Sequence record: OQ108497.1
Length of the DNA: 64,000 bases
Direction: 5' to 3' (one strand)
Origin: Escherichia phage EC_OE_11
This document shows positions 36,738 through 46,767 of this stretch, piece after piece. The position numbers and the translations under genes are program-made. The notes beneath the pieces are model-generated. The model had not been told where the DNA came from, made no database searches, and worked only from the letters and a program-made list of their open reading frames with translations. Numbering within the stretch: position 1 is the first letter of the stretch; every line of letters begins with the position of its first letter.

Positions 36738-38533
36738 AAGTGTTTCTCCCTTTCTAGTACCTCTTGCATTTTACCTTTATTATAAGGGCGAGAGTTAGGG
36801 GCAGAAAGGTATCCTGACACTCTTCTGATCACAGATATGGATTCTTCTTCATGATTACCGCAACTTGGACACTCGAAGCCTTTAGCCGTTGCTTTAAATT
36901 CACCATGAAAACCACATTTGAAACACTGATCTACAGGTTGGTTCACGCCAAAATAAGGAATTTTGTTGTAGGCATAATCTACAAGAGTTTCCAGTGCTTG
37001 CAAGTTATTTTTAAGGTTTGGTGTTTCTACATAACCTATGTTCCCACCATTACTAATTTGTGCAAAACCTTCCTCATAATCCCATTTTTGGAACGGGGTA
37101 GTGTGCATCCATACAGGTTGATGGAAAGAGTTTGTCAAGTAGTCACGATCAATAGAACCAGGATAGCGATCATTTAACGCTTTGGCAAATTTATAGCACA
37201 AGGATTCTGCTGGTGTTCCATACAAACTAAAAGCTAAACCAGAACGTTCTTTAAATGTGCAACAGATATCCTTCATATATTGAAGGATGTTTTTACCCAT
37301 TGCTTTTGGATTGGTGTTATTTGGGTATAAAATTTCCATAGCTTCTGCTAAACCTACATAACCGATACTAATAGAGGCATAACCACCCTCAAATAGTTTA
37401 CCAATCTCTTCATTAGCTTCTAGTCGAGCTAAAGCCCCTTCCATAAACAATGTAGGGTTTTGAGATGCTTTGGTATGTCTAATACGGTTAACACGTAGCA
37501 TATGTGCCTTATACGCCATCTCCATATGTTGTTCCAACAGTTCAGTAAATAAGATGCCCTTTTCACGGGACTCTGCTGCAATGATAGGTAAGTTTAAAGA
37601 AACCACGCCTAAGTTGAAACGACCATCATATTTTTCACCTTGCTCTGTTGCATAATATGACAAGAAACTACGGCAACCCATGCTTGTGACGCGACCATCT
37701 GAAGATCCTGTAACTTCTTTGTTTAAAGGTACAGAGATAAAATCAGGATAAATGCGTTCAGCACAACACTCCATTGCCAGTTGCTTCAAATCATAGTTTG
37801 GATCGCCAGCTTTCATGTTAACACCATCTTCCAAGAAGAAGATAACTTTAGGAAACACAGGAGTTACCCTATCTTTTCCTAATCCTTGTTTGTGCACCAT
37901 TAGGTAGTTTTTAGTGATCATTCTACCAAAAGCAGAGGTATCCAAGCCTAAACTAATTGTTATAAAAGGTGACTGACCATTTACACTCATCAAGGTGTTC
38001 ACCTGGTAGATTAAAGTTTGCATTGCATCGTAAACCTGTTTATCTACCATACGCATAGCAATATCATAATCGCCAACATCGGCATAGATTTTATTAAAAC
38101 TTGCTTTAACGTATTGACTAAGCCCAGTATCAATATGTGCACAAGTTTGTCCACCATATTGGCTAGAAGCTACTGCTTGAATAATTTGAGTTAGGACAGT
38201 AGTTGCTACACCGATAGATTTTGGTTTTTCAATATGTGCATTACCAATACGGAAACCGTTCTCAAGCATATCTTGGTAATTTACCAGGCAACAATTAGTT
38301 AGAGGTGAGAGTAAATAATCTAAATCGTGAATATGACCATACCCACTTTTATGCCATTCTGCCAGATCTTCCGGTAAAATATGGGTCATTGCCATGTGCT
38401 TGCTTAGGATACCTGCTAGTAAGTCTCGGTGAGTATTAACAATCATTGCAGGTTTGTTTGCATTTTCACGAGTAAATTCTTCGGATGTTTGTTCGAGGAA
38501 TCCGATTACATCCTCATATAGTTTTTGGGTCAT
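36734..38533 (-). CDS. nrdD: anaerobic ribonucleoside-triphosphate reductase (class III)
   Basis: Start set at ATG 38533 (MTQKLYEDV) behind GGAGG RBS; C-terminal Zn-ribbon (CFKCGFHGEF ... CPSCGNHEE) and glycyl-radical motif RRVSGYL. Confidence 0.85.
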   Translation of the reverse strand: MTQKLYEDVIGFLEQTSEEFTRENANKPAMIVNTHRDLLAGILSKHMAMTHILPEDLAEWHKSGYGHIHDLDYLLSPLTNCCLVNYQDMLENGFRIGNAHIEKPKSIGVATTVLTQIIQAVASSQYGGQTCAHIDTGLSQYVKASFNKIYADVGDYDIAMRMVDKQVYDAMQTLIYQVNTLMSVNGQSPFITISLGLDTSAFGRMITKNYLMVHKQGLGKDRVTPVFPKVIFFLEDGVNMKAGDPNYDLKQLAMECCAERIYPDFISVPLNKEVTGSSDGRVTSMGCRSFLSYYATEQGEKYDGRFNLGVVSLNLPIIAAESREKGILFTELLEQHMEMAYKAHMLRVNRIRHTKASQNPTLFMEGALARLEANEEIGKLFEGGYASISIGYVGLAEAMEILYPNNTNPKAMGKNILQYMKDICCTFKERSGLAFSLYGTPAESLCYKFAKALNDRYPGSIDRDYLTNSFHQPVWMHTTPFQKWDYEEGFAQISNGGNIGYVETPNLKNNLQALETLVDYAYNKIPYFGVNQPVDQCFKCGFHGEFKATAKGFECPSCGNHEEESISVIRRVSGYLSAPNSRPYNKGKMQEVLEREKHF

Positions 38534-38553
38534 TAATCCTCCGTGGAAAATAA

Positions 38554-38576
38554 AAGCCAGCATTAAGCTGGCTTTA
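38554..38576 (-). terminator. rho-independent terminator-like hairpin
   Basis: AAGCCAGC-ATTA-AGCTGGCTTT; on minus strand followed by TTTTATTTTCC; between 38623 stop and nrdD RBS. Confidence 0.5.
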
Positions 38577-38622
38577 GGGTGGATCTTTATTTTAAATCTT
38601 TTTCGTAAGATTGTCCTTGATC

Positions 38623-39573
38623 TTAGTCAAGGTTTTTGGTAATACGTGTACAACCGTCAGAAGTCAAACCGTCAACTTGAGTTTCCCAAGTACCATGAAT
38701 ATTTCGGAACAATGTTGTTACACCTTTTGGTTCATTAATAATGATTGCCATAACAAGTTTAGGATCGATAACAGACATAATCTTTTCCTCAATACCCTCT
38801 GTAATAACGTTATTGCGCACAATATTAATTGCATCTTCTTGTACAGTAAGAACACTTACGTTCTTAAGAGTATATACCTGCTGTGTAGTGTAAATGATAC
38901 GAACATAACTTACAGAACGAGTAGGCACAGGTTTACGCGGTCGGCGAAAACGTGGTTTTGGTGAAGATTCAGTTTTACTTTCATCTTTTGAATAATACTC
39001 CTCAAACAGTTTAGTAAATGTTTTTACATCAACTACAAACCGATCTTTCCGATATGGAGAATTCTTATGTGCACCATTAATACCACTGTTTTCATCGAAG
39101 AAAGTAATGTTTTCTTCAGTTGAATACATTAGATAATGATCTGCATTGTTCCAATGTGGTTGTGGACAACGAGAATTACAAACGGAAAGCAGATAATTAA
39201 TATTTTCTTTCGTGGCCTCAGTATCCAGGAAACACGTATTATGCACAGTCAGTTGTACTTTTTCAGCCATATCCTTTTCTTTATCCCCATTGGTAAGATA
39301 TTCAGTACGAAGAATTTCCAGAAAATTTTCAGGTGTTACTTCCATAAATGTATATTCAGGATGAAGTTCCATATATTCAAATCCACAACCATCTAATTGC
39401 TGTAGAAAGTTAGGGTAGAAGAACAAATCATTAACACTGTGAATCAGATCATTGATTTCTGCTTCAGTTGTGTAACCAAAACTTTTGTGAATTGCCTCGT
39501 TAAGAGTATGCAGGATACCCATCTCTTCTGCTGCTTTTTTAACTTCCAGTTTATTAGCGTAAAATGCAATCAT
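38623..39573 (-). CDS. hypothetical protein
   Basis: 316 aa ORF; no recognisable motif. Confidence 0.35.
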   Translation of the reverse strand: MIAFYANKLEVKKAAEEMGILHTLNEAIHKSFGYTTEAEINDLIHSVNDLFFYPNFLQQLDGCGFEYMELHPEYTFMEVTPENFLEILRTEYLTNGDKEKDMAEKVQLTVHNTCFLDTEATKENINYLLSVCNSRCPQPHWNNADHYLMYSTEENITFFDENSGINGAHKNSPYRKDRFVVDVKTFTKLFEEYYSKDESKTESSPKPRFRRPRKPVPTRSVSYVRIIYTTQQVYTLKNVSVLTVQEDAINIVRNNVITEGIEEKIMSVIDPKLVMAIIINEPKGVTTLFRNIHGTWETQVDGLTSDGCTRITKNLD

Positions 39574-39590
39574 TATGTTCTCCTTCTAAA

Positions 39591-40025
39591 TTAGTTTAAA
39601 ATTTCTTTTGCAATGGTAGAAGCAAGTTTTCCATCATATTGATTCGGATACTCTGCTTTAAGGTGTTTCATCATATCTGGCATTTTCTTGCCTGTCAAGG
39701 CAAATTCTTCAGCAATAGCTCGAAGATCATCTTCAGATAGCATTTCTGGCAAATATTTTTCCAGAGCGGTGATATCACGCATAGCTCGCTCACATTTGCT
39801 AATGGAGGCATTAACTTTCTTAAGTGAGTCTAGTTCCTCTTTAGCGTGTGCAATACCAATCTTAACAATGTTAATCATAATATCGTCTTCTGATTTGTTT
39901 AGATTTGCCTTTTGAGTACGAGCAAGGTCAAACTCACCAATAATATTAGTTAACAAAGCAAAAGCACCCTTATCGGTTGTACGTGCTAAGATACGATCTG
40001 CTTTCATTTGTGTCACAATAGACAT
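39591..40025 (-). CDS. GatB/YqeY-domain protein
   Basis: 144 aa; pattern LEKYLPEMLSEDDLRAIAEEFALTGKKMPDMMKHLKAEYPNQYDGKLASTIAKEILN matches the YqeY family consensus. Confidence 0.55.
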   Translation of the reverse strand: MSIVTQMKADRILARTTDKGAFALLTNIIGEFDLARTQKANLNKSEDDIMINIVKIGIAHAKEELDSLKKVNASISKCERAMRDITALEKYLPEMLSEDDLRAIAEEFALTGKKMPDMMKHLKAEYPNQYDGKLASTIAKEILN

Positions 40026-40037
40026 TCTATTCTCCTC

Positions 40038-40610
40038 TTATTTGCTAATGCTTTGAGTTTTGTTTACAACACGGTTTATTGCCAGTGAAGCCCTAGGCTC
40101 TGCAATACCTGTTGCATAGATATAAGGATGACCTTTTGGAGACTCCCTCATACCGAATGAACCTAATTCTAAACCATATTCATCCTCTACGTCAACCCCA
40201 ATATTAGTGGGTACTAAATATGTTTTAACTCCATAATAAGTAGAGAAGAAACAGCGCATAGCGTTAGCATACTCTTCAATTGTAGCATCAGGGTAGAACT
40301 CAATCAACTCCAATTTCAAGAAAATATTAAAATGGGTATCATCTAAATTTTCTTCTGTACGGTAACATGGTGTTAGTGCCATATACGGATTACCTGCTGC
40401 AAATTCAAAACCATCCTTCTCCATTTGCAGGAAAGATTGTTCTGCACTAGCTACATAGTATTTACCGTTAGGATGCCCTAATGGGCGATCCTCTTTATTT
40501 TCTGGTAGTGTGTACGCCAGTATATCAGTATCCACGAGATATGGAACTTCTAACATTTGTGCAAATCGACCATAGTAATCAATAGCTTGAGCTATTACTG
40601 CAACATTCAT
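40038..40610 (-). CDS. hypothetical protein (possible class II aaRS-like core motifs)
   Basis: 190 aa; LTPCYRTEE (fRxE-like) and ATGIAEPR (GxGxxxR-like) are weakly reminiscent of class II aminoacyl-tRNA synthetase motifs 2 and 3; tentative. Confidence 0.25.
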   Translation of the reverse strand: MNVAVIAQAIDYYGRFAQMLEVPYLVDTDILAYTLPENKEDRPLGHPNGKYYVASAEQSFLQMEKDGFEFAAGNPYMALTPCYRTEENLDDTHFNIFLKLELIEFYPDATIEEYANAMRCFFSTYYGVKTYLVPTNIGVDVEDEYGLELGSFGMRESPKGHPYIYATGIAEPRASLAINRVVNKTQSISK

Positions 40611-40858
40611 GATCGACCTCCGTTGCGGAATGCACGTTTAGTAATGTTTGACATAGTGATCAAATCTTGAAGCGTCATATCAGGAAAATGCTGTTCAAGA
40701 ACACCCTCAACAGCGCCTACAATATCTGATAACTCAATAAGTTGCATCAGCTTGCAATCTTGATCAATAGCATCTTGAAGTTCATAAAGCTCTTCTTGAA
40801 TCTTAGCAACAGAACCATATTCCTCTTTGCTAATCTCCTTCAAATGATACCCTGCCAC
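40607..40858 (-). CDS. hypothetical protein
   Basis: 83 aa ORF overlapping next start by 4 nt. Confidence 0.3.
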   Translation of the reverse strand: MAGYHLKEISKEEYGSVAKIQEELYELQDAIDQDCKLMQLIELSDIVGAVEGVLEQHFPDMTLQDLITMSNITKRAFRNGGRS

Positions 40859-40868
40859 TTTAACCCCC

Positions 40869-42605
40869 TTAGTTTACCAGTTTATTTATGTCTGGTAAAA
40901 GATTTATTTCACCTAAAAAATCACCTTCACCTTCCTCTAGCCAACTCTCATATGCTTGTGCATGATTATAGTTACCATCAAAAGACTCTGCAACAAATTT
41001 TTCTACAGTTTTTCGAGATGTGCCAGCGCCAAATACACCAAGTTTAATACCATTGATCGGTAAAGTGGTGCTTGTAGGTACTTTCTCTGTTGCAACACGG
41101 TTGATATCTATAATCTCCTGTACGGTTGTGTTCCATTGTAAGCATTTAACACAACGGGTATGCGCTACATACAGTAGGTTTCGCTCTGCCTCTTCTAGTC
41201 CTACCCACTCACCAGTCTTTTTATCATAGTTGGAAGGAAAATCATTAGCAACAATAACCTGATCCCACTCCAAACCTTTAGACTTATGTGCTGTAGTCAA
41301 TGTGACTTTTGCTGTAGGAGAATTTCTATGCGTTCTAAGTGTATGTGCTATAGTGTTTGCCTTACCAGAAACTACAATGTTTAACAAGCGTTTAGCATCT
41401 GGATCAGCCTCTGCACACTCGACAAATTCATTCCAGTCTGCGTAAGGTAATACAGTTTCATGTTTTACTTTCTCAATATCTCCTCTCCGAAGAGCATTAA
41501 CACTATCTACCATAGAGATAAAATCCCTGGTATCTACGTTAATAATAATTTCTTCCCCATCTGCAATACGATCCATTGCCTCCATAAGCAAGGTTAAATT
41601 CTTGCGAAAGATGATGGTGTAAGGTTTTGTATAGTCTACAACATCTGATTTGTAGCTACCTACTACAGTATCAAAGCCTTTACCAACCAAAGGATGACGC
41701 AAAGGTTCTTTATCACTTAAAATCATATTCGCAATGTTTGCCACTTTGGGGCCAAAACGGAAGCAAGCAGTTAATGGAAGCTCTGCCCCATATGTAGAGG
41801 TTTCCTTCATCATATTTTGGCTTCCACGGAACTGGTAGATGCTCTGATATTCATCCCCCACCACCACTACTTGTTTTGCAGATTTAGCATTTCGCAGAAT
41901 AGACAAGAATGCAGGGTTAACATCCTGGAATTCATCCCCAAAAATAATGTCATAACCAAGATCAGCACCTGATAACTCAAACAATTTTACATAGGTGTCA
42001 TGAGTCATCAAAGTATCTGTGTTAGGATCAATGCGCTCTCGCCACAATTGTTTTGCATACTTAACTACTTCTGTAATTAGTTTGTGTTCGTTAATACCTT
42101 TTCTTTTAATATCTGCAAGATGTACACTAGGAAAATGTTTACGGCTGATAAAAGGATCATCCGAAAATTCAAACTTACCTACGGTTTGCTTGATCATTAA
42201 ACCAATCATAGCACGAGTTAAAAGTGTTTTCCCTCGTTTATCAATAAGATTATTAATCTTGAATTTCTTTGCTATCTCGCTACCTGTACCTGCAACGTTA
42301 ACATACTGTCCTTCTGGTCGTGACAGTTTTGCACGTAAACGATGATCCAGGAATTGATAGCAAATGGAATGCAATGTACGGCATTCTACATTTGGTGGCA
42401 TCTTACGCCGTGCTTCTTCTGCCATGCTTTTATTGAAAGCTAAGTAAAGAATGCGATCTTCTGTACTGTTAGCCAGCAAATAAAGTGTTGACGTTTTGCC
42501 TGACCCAGATTTAGCTTGGATAGTTAAAAAGCGATGATCTGGAAAAGCCTCCTTAATAGCTGTTTGCTCTTCTGTTGGAGTAAAACTCAACTCTTTCTTA
42601 GCCAT
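40869..42605 (-). CDS. UvrD/Rep-family (SF1) DNA helicase
   Basis: Start set at ATG 42605 (MAKKELSF) behind AGAGAGG RBS; Walker A AKSGSGKTST; motif II IFGDEFQDVNP; UvrD-like arrangement. Confidence 0.7.
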   Translation of the reverse strand: MAKKELSFTPTEEQTAIKEAFPDHRFLTIQAKSGSGKTSTLYLLANSTEDRILYLAFNKSMAEEARRKMPPNVECRTLHSICYQFLDHRLRAKLSRPEGQYVNVAGTGSEIAKKFKINNLIDKRGKTLLTRAMIGLMIKQTVGKFEFSDDPFISRKHFPSVHLADIKRKGINEHKLITEVVKYAKQLWRERIDPNTDTLMTHDTYVKLFELSGADLGYDIIFGDEFQDVNPAFLSILRNAKSAKQVVVVGDEYQSIYQFRGSQNMMKETSTYGAELPLTACFRFGPKVANIANMILSDKEPLRHPLVGKGFDTVVGSYKSDVVDYTKPYTIIFRKNLTLLMEAMDRIADGEEIIINVDTRDFISMVDSVNALRRGDIEKVKHETVLPYADWNEFVECAEADPDAKRLLNIVVSGKANTIAHTLRTHRNSPTAKVTLTTAHKSKGLEWDQVIVANDFPSNYDKKTGEWVGLEEAERNLLYVAHTRCVKCLQWNTTVQEIIDINRVATEKVPTSTTLPINGIKLGVFGAGTSRKTVEKFVAESFDGNYNHAQAYESWLEEGEGDFLGEINLLPDINKLVN

Positions 42606-42606
42606 T

Positions 42607-43083
42607 TCAACCTCTCTTAATTTGTTTAACAAGCATAGGAACAAAATCTCGTTTTAAAATTTGTTCAATAATGTGATCAGGTAGCTGTTGGAAATTATAA
42701 TTAAAAGCTACTGTTTCACCTTTAGGTGTTTCTACTCGCACATATAACATGTTGCGAAGTTTATCCACTTGTGCTGTATATTCTAAACCACGTAATTGAT
42801 GCATTGCAAACATCAAATCATCAGTTTCAGTTTGGAATCTATCCCTTGTCTGCATCAAGGATAAGGCAAAAGGTAGATTTTCCCTAAGAGCCACCTTCTT
42901 AGGCACTAGTGAAGGGAAATACTCCCCAATAACTTCCTGTGTAAGCTGAATACACTCTTTTTCAAGCTGGTTTTGTTCCTTGAGTTCACAAACACTTTTT
43001 TGTAAAGTGTTAACCTCTTTTTGCAAAGCTGCTAGTTGAGCACTTAACTTTCTTTTTTGATTACGACCAAAACGTTTAGACAT
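42607..43083 (-). CDS. hypothetical coiled-coil protein
   Basis: 158 aa. Confidence 0.3.
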   Translation of the reverse strand: MSKRFGRNQKRKLSAQLAALQKEVNTLQKSVCELKEQNQLEKECIQLTQEVIGEYFPSLVPKKVALRENLPFALSLMQTRDRFQTETDDLMFAMHQLRGLEYTAQVDKLRNMLYVRVETPKGETVAFNYNFQQLPDHIIEQILKRDFVPMLVKQIKRG

Positions 43084-43091
43084 ATTTCCCC

Positions 43092-43607
43092 CTAGTAAAA
43101 CCCCTTAACAATTTGTATTAACTCGGCACAACGGTTGACCAACTTTTCCTCGTACAATACACGTTGTGGCATATGTTGTATAATATACTCCATTTGCTCA
43201 TGCCATGTCCACTTTTCTTTTTTGTCTGGGATAACATCACTAGCACGAGAATTATCTTTTAATGTTTGTATAATCCAATTGCTTGGAAAGTGCTCTCCAC
43301 CTTTCTTAAATGGTTTATAGTGGCCTAGAGTGAATTGAGAATCCCCTGTTAGAGCACCCAATTTATTTAGATGGATAATCAAACTACGAAACACGTAGTA
43401 TTCATAGATGTTATCCACCGTATAGCAAGCATAATATTTCAAGATGCCCTTATCTCGCGGATACTTACCAACATCCAGATTACACCAGTTGACATTTTCT
43501 GGATCATAGTGGTGTTCCTTAAGCCATATTTCTCTTTCATCAAAGTCTGGATATATTACCGCCCTGCTTACAGAGTCAACAAGTGGAGATTGAGCATCAA
43601 AAAACAT
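43092..43607 (-). CDS. hypothetical protein
   Basis: 171 aa. Confidence 0.3.
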   Translation of the reverse strand: MFFDAQSPLVDSVSRAVIYPDFDEREIWLKEHHYDPENVNWCNLDVGKYPRDKGILKYYACYTVDNIYEYYVFRSLIIHLNKLGALTGDSQFTLGHYKPFKKGGEHFPSNWIIQTLKDNSRASDVIPDKKEKWTWHEQMEYIIQHMPQRVLYEEKLVNRCAELIQIVKGFY

Positions 43608-43628
43608 TATATTTTCCTTATTGGTTTG

Positions 43629-43994
43629 TTAAACGTTTTCTAAATCTTTTAAGGCATTACCCAACGTTAGAACAATAACATCGTTTGCTGCCTCTTCCCC
43701 ATTGATATTGGTGAAATTTGGTGTGACAAAAGTAACCATATAAAACTCGTCCACCTGGAAGATAGCAATAACACCATCCATCTTAACATCTTGACGAAAG
43801 GAAAAACCAATCATCTTCTCTTGCAAAGGCATATCCCCTTCCTTCATTACCGCCAGGGAGTTTTCAGGAATGTTATATTTATCTGCTCCGATGTAGATGT
43901 ACGTAATGTTATCTTTATCGTGATGATACAGGGTTGCTTTTTCCATGTCTAAACCTGACAGATCAAATACGTTAATTTCTTGTGTAGTCTTCAT
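43629..43994 (-). CDS. hypothetical protein
   Basis: Start set at ATG 43994 behind GGGAGGA RBS (ORF track extends to 44069). Confidence 0.3.
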   Translation of the reverse strand: MKTTQEINVFDLSGLDMEKATLYHHDKDNITYIYIGADKYNIPENSLAVMKEGDMPLQEKMIGFSFRQDVKMDGVIAIFQVDEFYMVTFVTPNFTNINGEEAANDVIVLTLGNALKDLENV

Positions 43995-44358
43995 AAATAT
44001 CCTCCCAAATCCAATAATCATCTGTGTAAGTAGGATGCCTTTTATCCCACTCTGTTCTAGCCCAAGCAACCGCTGCTACCAACACATCACCATGACAAGG
44101 TTGAGGTGAGCAGAAGCAAACTAAGTCTTTCCCTTCTAATTCTAACAAATCTTCAAGAGTGATTTTACCACAACGAATTTGCTCCCACAACCACTCTTTA
44201 TATCTTTGTATAGTTGATCCTCGTGGTTCATCATCCTTTAACTTGAAAGGATTTGCAAACTTTGAGGCTTTTAACCCCATATGAGGCATAGCTCTACCAA
44301 TGTACACTGCACCTTCAGGTATTACTTTACCTAAGTGGTAAAAATTTAATACTTTCAT
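43972..44358 (-). CDS. hypothetical protein (DUF4326-like Cys/His motif)
   Basis: 128 aa; motif CFCSPQPCHGDVL resembles the DUF4326 signature; tentative. Confidence 0.3.
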   Translation of the reverse strand: MKVLNFYHLGKVIPEGAVYIGRAMPHMGLKASKFANPFKLKDDEPRGSTIQRYKEWLWEQIRCGKITLEDLLELEGKDLVCFCSPQPCHGDVLVAAVAWARTEWDKRHPTYTDDYWIWEDIYEDYTRN

Positions 44359-44359
44359 A

Positions 44360-44710
44360 TTAACCCAAACACATCCGCGCGATCAAGCCTTGTATAAATT
44401 TATTAGCTTCTTTACTGTCGTAGTCAGTCTCTTCTGGATATCCATCTTCATCGTACACAACTGTACCTTCAATATACCCTGCCTCAATTAAGGCGCGGAT
44501 CATATCAAATTGCCAGCATGAGTTACCAAATGGACGTTTACCATTAAAACACTCTTCTTCTCTCCATAACGTAGAGAGTAGTTGTCGGAAATATTCCCGT
44601 ACAGTGACAGTACCAAGATCTGAATCCTCAAACATAACATCCAGAGCATCAGGATTGCTTTTCTCTACGTAAGGAATATATTTAACACCATTAATAGTTA
44701 CATCAAGCAT
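44360..44710 (-). CDS. hypothetical protein
   Basis: 116 aa. Confidence 0.3.
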   Translation of the reverse strand: MLDVTINGVKYIPYVEKSNPDALDVMFEDSDLGTVTVREYFRQLLSTLWREEECFNGKRPFGNSCWQFDMIRALIEAGYIEGTVVYDEDGYPEETDYDSKEANKFIQGLIARMCLG

Positions 44711-45073
44711 TTATTTCTCCTTATCATCATATTCTAGGAACATATCTGCACGATATGCTTTACGCTCTTCAAACTTAGCAGGATTTACAACAATAAGCAA
44801 TACAAGGTTAACATCTAAATACTTCTTAACAAATAGAAATAAATCTTTTCCACAGTTAAAACCTACACCAGTATAGGCATCCCCATATTGATCTACTGAT
44901 TTAATCTTCTTACTAACCGTACACTCTATGCTATTCTTTTCTTCTTGGTATAAGGCTTTCCCACCCCAATATGTAAAGAATTTAGTACCGTCAGCACCAA
45001 GTTTAAAACCTTCTGTTGCATGTCCAGCAAATGAAAGTAAACATAACCAAGTAATCATCAGGTACTTTAGCAT
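44711..45073 (-). CDS. hypothetical secreted protein
   Basis: Start set at ATG 45073 (MLKYLMITWLCLLSFAGHA signal peptide). Confidence 0.3.
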   Translation of the reverse strand: MLKYLMITWLCLLSFAGHATEGFKLGADGTKFFTYWGGKALYQEEKNSIECTVSKKIKSVDQYGDAYTGVGFNCGKDLFLFVKKYLDVNLVLLIVVNPAKFEERKAYRADMFLEYDDKEK

Positions 45074-45074
45074 T

Positions 45075-45557
45075 TTAACCACCCAATTGCAAATGTTTAG
45101 AAAGAACAATATCCCATTGATCACCACAACCGTTATCTATGCGGAACATAATGTACGTATCATCTTCTTCTACAACATACCGTACCTCATAGGAGTTACA
45201 ACAGCCTTCCCAATTTTTAACGGCTTCTGGTGTATGATGTGTAAGAATTTCATTACCATCATATGACCAAAACAAAGGGGTAAGGTTTTCGAAGGTCAGT
45301 GAAGTAGGGTTTACTTCATCTTTAACTGCTTCCTCATATTCCTTATGCGTTTGTACTGCTTTAGTTAGTGTACTCATGTCTATCTCCTTTTCTCCTTCTT
45401 GACTATGGAGGATAGCGAACTCTCTAAACTCCACCTCACGCCATGTTTTCAGGTAGTGCTTTATAATTTGATCAACATCTGCCTGTTCAACGTTACTTTT
45501 CAAGCAATAGTAGTCATGGTCTTCACCCATTCTACCCCATATGCTATACATTGTCAT
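45075..45557 (-). CDS. hypothetical protein
   Basis: 160 aa. Confidence 0.3.
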   Translation of the reverse strand: MTMYSIWGRMGEDHDYYCLKSNVEQADVDQIIKHYLKTWREVEFREFAILHSQEGEKEIDMSTLTKAVQTHKEYEEAVKDEVNPTSLTFENLTPLFWSYDGNEILTHHTPEAVKNWEGCCNSYEVRYVVEEDDTYIMFRIDNGCGDQWDIVLSKHLQLGG

Positions 45558-45825
45558 CTGATTGATCCTTCACATTGTTCTTGGCATACACAGGAATAAC
45601 ATCATGGTGATCTTTATTACTTTCGTCTGTTAAAGCCCAAAACAACTTACCTGCCGGATGTTTAAAGATGTAAGCAATAGGTTCCTCTTCCTGTGCTTCT
45701 TTGCTACGGATGCCATCCCGCCAGGCAAGCCAAGTGTAGATCATCATCTCTTGACGTTCTTCTTCATTAGGCCACAGATGGGGTAGAAAGTTTTTATCAA
45801 ACCATTGCTTAAACTCTTCAGTCAT
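45544..45825 (-). CDS. hypothetical protein
   Basis: 93 aa; AAGGAG RBS. Confidence 0.3.
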   Translation of the reverse strand: MTEEFKQWFDKNFLPHLWPNEEERQEMMIYTWLAWRDGIRSKEAQEEEPIAYIFKHPAGKLFWALTDESNKDHHDVIPVYAKNNVKDQSDDNV

Positions 45826-45835
45826 AGTCTACTCC

Positions 45836-46000
45836 TTAGCGTACAAAGTTAACTTCTGCTTCTTTCAGCTTTGACACTTCTACATAACCACCATGATCAT
45901 CTTTAATCCATTCTTTTCCTTTACGGATGATAACAGGATATGTAGAGTGAGTAAGTTTAGGTACAGATCTTTTTGTTTTAGTGATAGAAATGTTTTGCAT
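45836..46000 (-). CDS. hypothetical small protein
   Basis: 54 aa ORF (below track cutoff) with AAGGAG RBS. Confidence 0.25.
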   Translation of the reverse strand: MQNISITKTKRSVPKLTHSTYPVIIRKGKEWIKDDHGGYVEVSKLKEAEVNFVR

Positions 46001-46060
46001 AGTAATCTCCTTAGTAAATTTTACATAGAGTCTAGATTATTTAGTAGGTAGAGTCAATAA

Positions 46061-46327
46061 CTAATTACTGTTAGATCTGTACTCTGTCTTCCATTCACAA
46101 TGGTAAACTTCAACAGGTTCTAACTTCCAGTGTTCAGGAACTAGTTCAGGACAATATCTACAAAAGAGAAATAGATAGATAACTAAGACAGGTATTAAAT
46201 AGTAAAATGGTATACGATCATAACCATACTTACGAGATAACATGTAGACATATAGATAGGGTATAACAATTAATCCTATAACTATAAGTAAGAAGAGAAG
46301 TATAAACCTTAGTGTAGTAACATCCAT
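46061..46327 (-). CDS. small membrane protein
   Basis: 88 aa, two TM helices. Confidence 0.3.
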   Translation of the reverse strand: MDVTTLRFILLFLLIVIGLIVIPYLYVYMLSRKYGYDRIPFYYLIPVLVIYLFLFCRYCPELVPEHWKLEPVEVYHCEWKTEYRSNSN

Positions 46328-46491
46328 AGTATTCTCCTATACAGTAATATACTCTGTTCCTGCCCCTCCATGAGTGACAGGAACAATATCTATAGAGAAT
46401 ACTAACTCGCTTCGCTCGTCACCTTTCAGGTTTAGGGTAGCATGTTTTTCTGAAAAAGTCAATACTCTCCACAAAACTTTACAAAATACTT

Positions 46492-46764
46492 TTACATAGG
46501 TACAACAGAGTCTGTTTTGAAGTCGTACATATGATTTACACCTGTGATTTTTGACATAGAGATTGCACGTTTAACACCTGCAATTACCTGGTCTGTCTTC
46601 TTAATCTCTTCACGGAACTTACGCACAGTTAGAGAGAAGAAACGATGATCCATCCATTGACGATTCACACGATCACGCTTGAAGTGACGGAAATCTTCAA
46701 TCTGTTTATTGCGCAATCGGCGCAGTACATGCAATAATTTATAGTAAGGGTGTTTATTTTTCAT
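46492..46764 (-). CDS. hypothetical basic protein
   Basis: 90 aa. Confidence 0.3.
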   Translation of the reverse strand: MKNKHPYYKLLHVLRRLRNKQIEDFRHFKRDRVNRQWMDHRFFSLTVRKFREEIKKTDQVIAGVKRAISMSKITGVNHMYDFKTDSVVPM

Positions 46765-46767
46765 AAT

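Noticed and set aside
40038-40610. Calling the 190 aa protein an aminoacyl-tRNA synthetase-like ligase
   Set aside because: Only two short motif-like strings (fRxE-like, GxGxxxR-like) support it and the protein is far shorter than known class II cores; kept as hypothetical with a low-confidence note.
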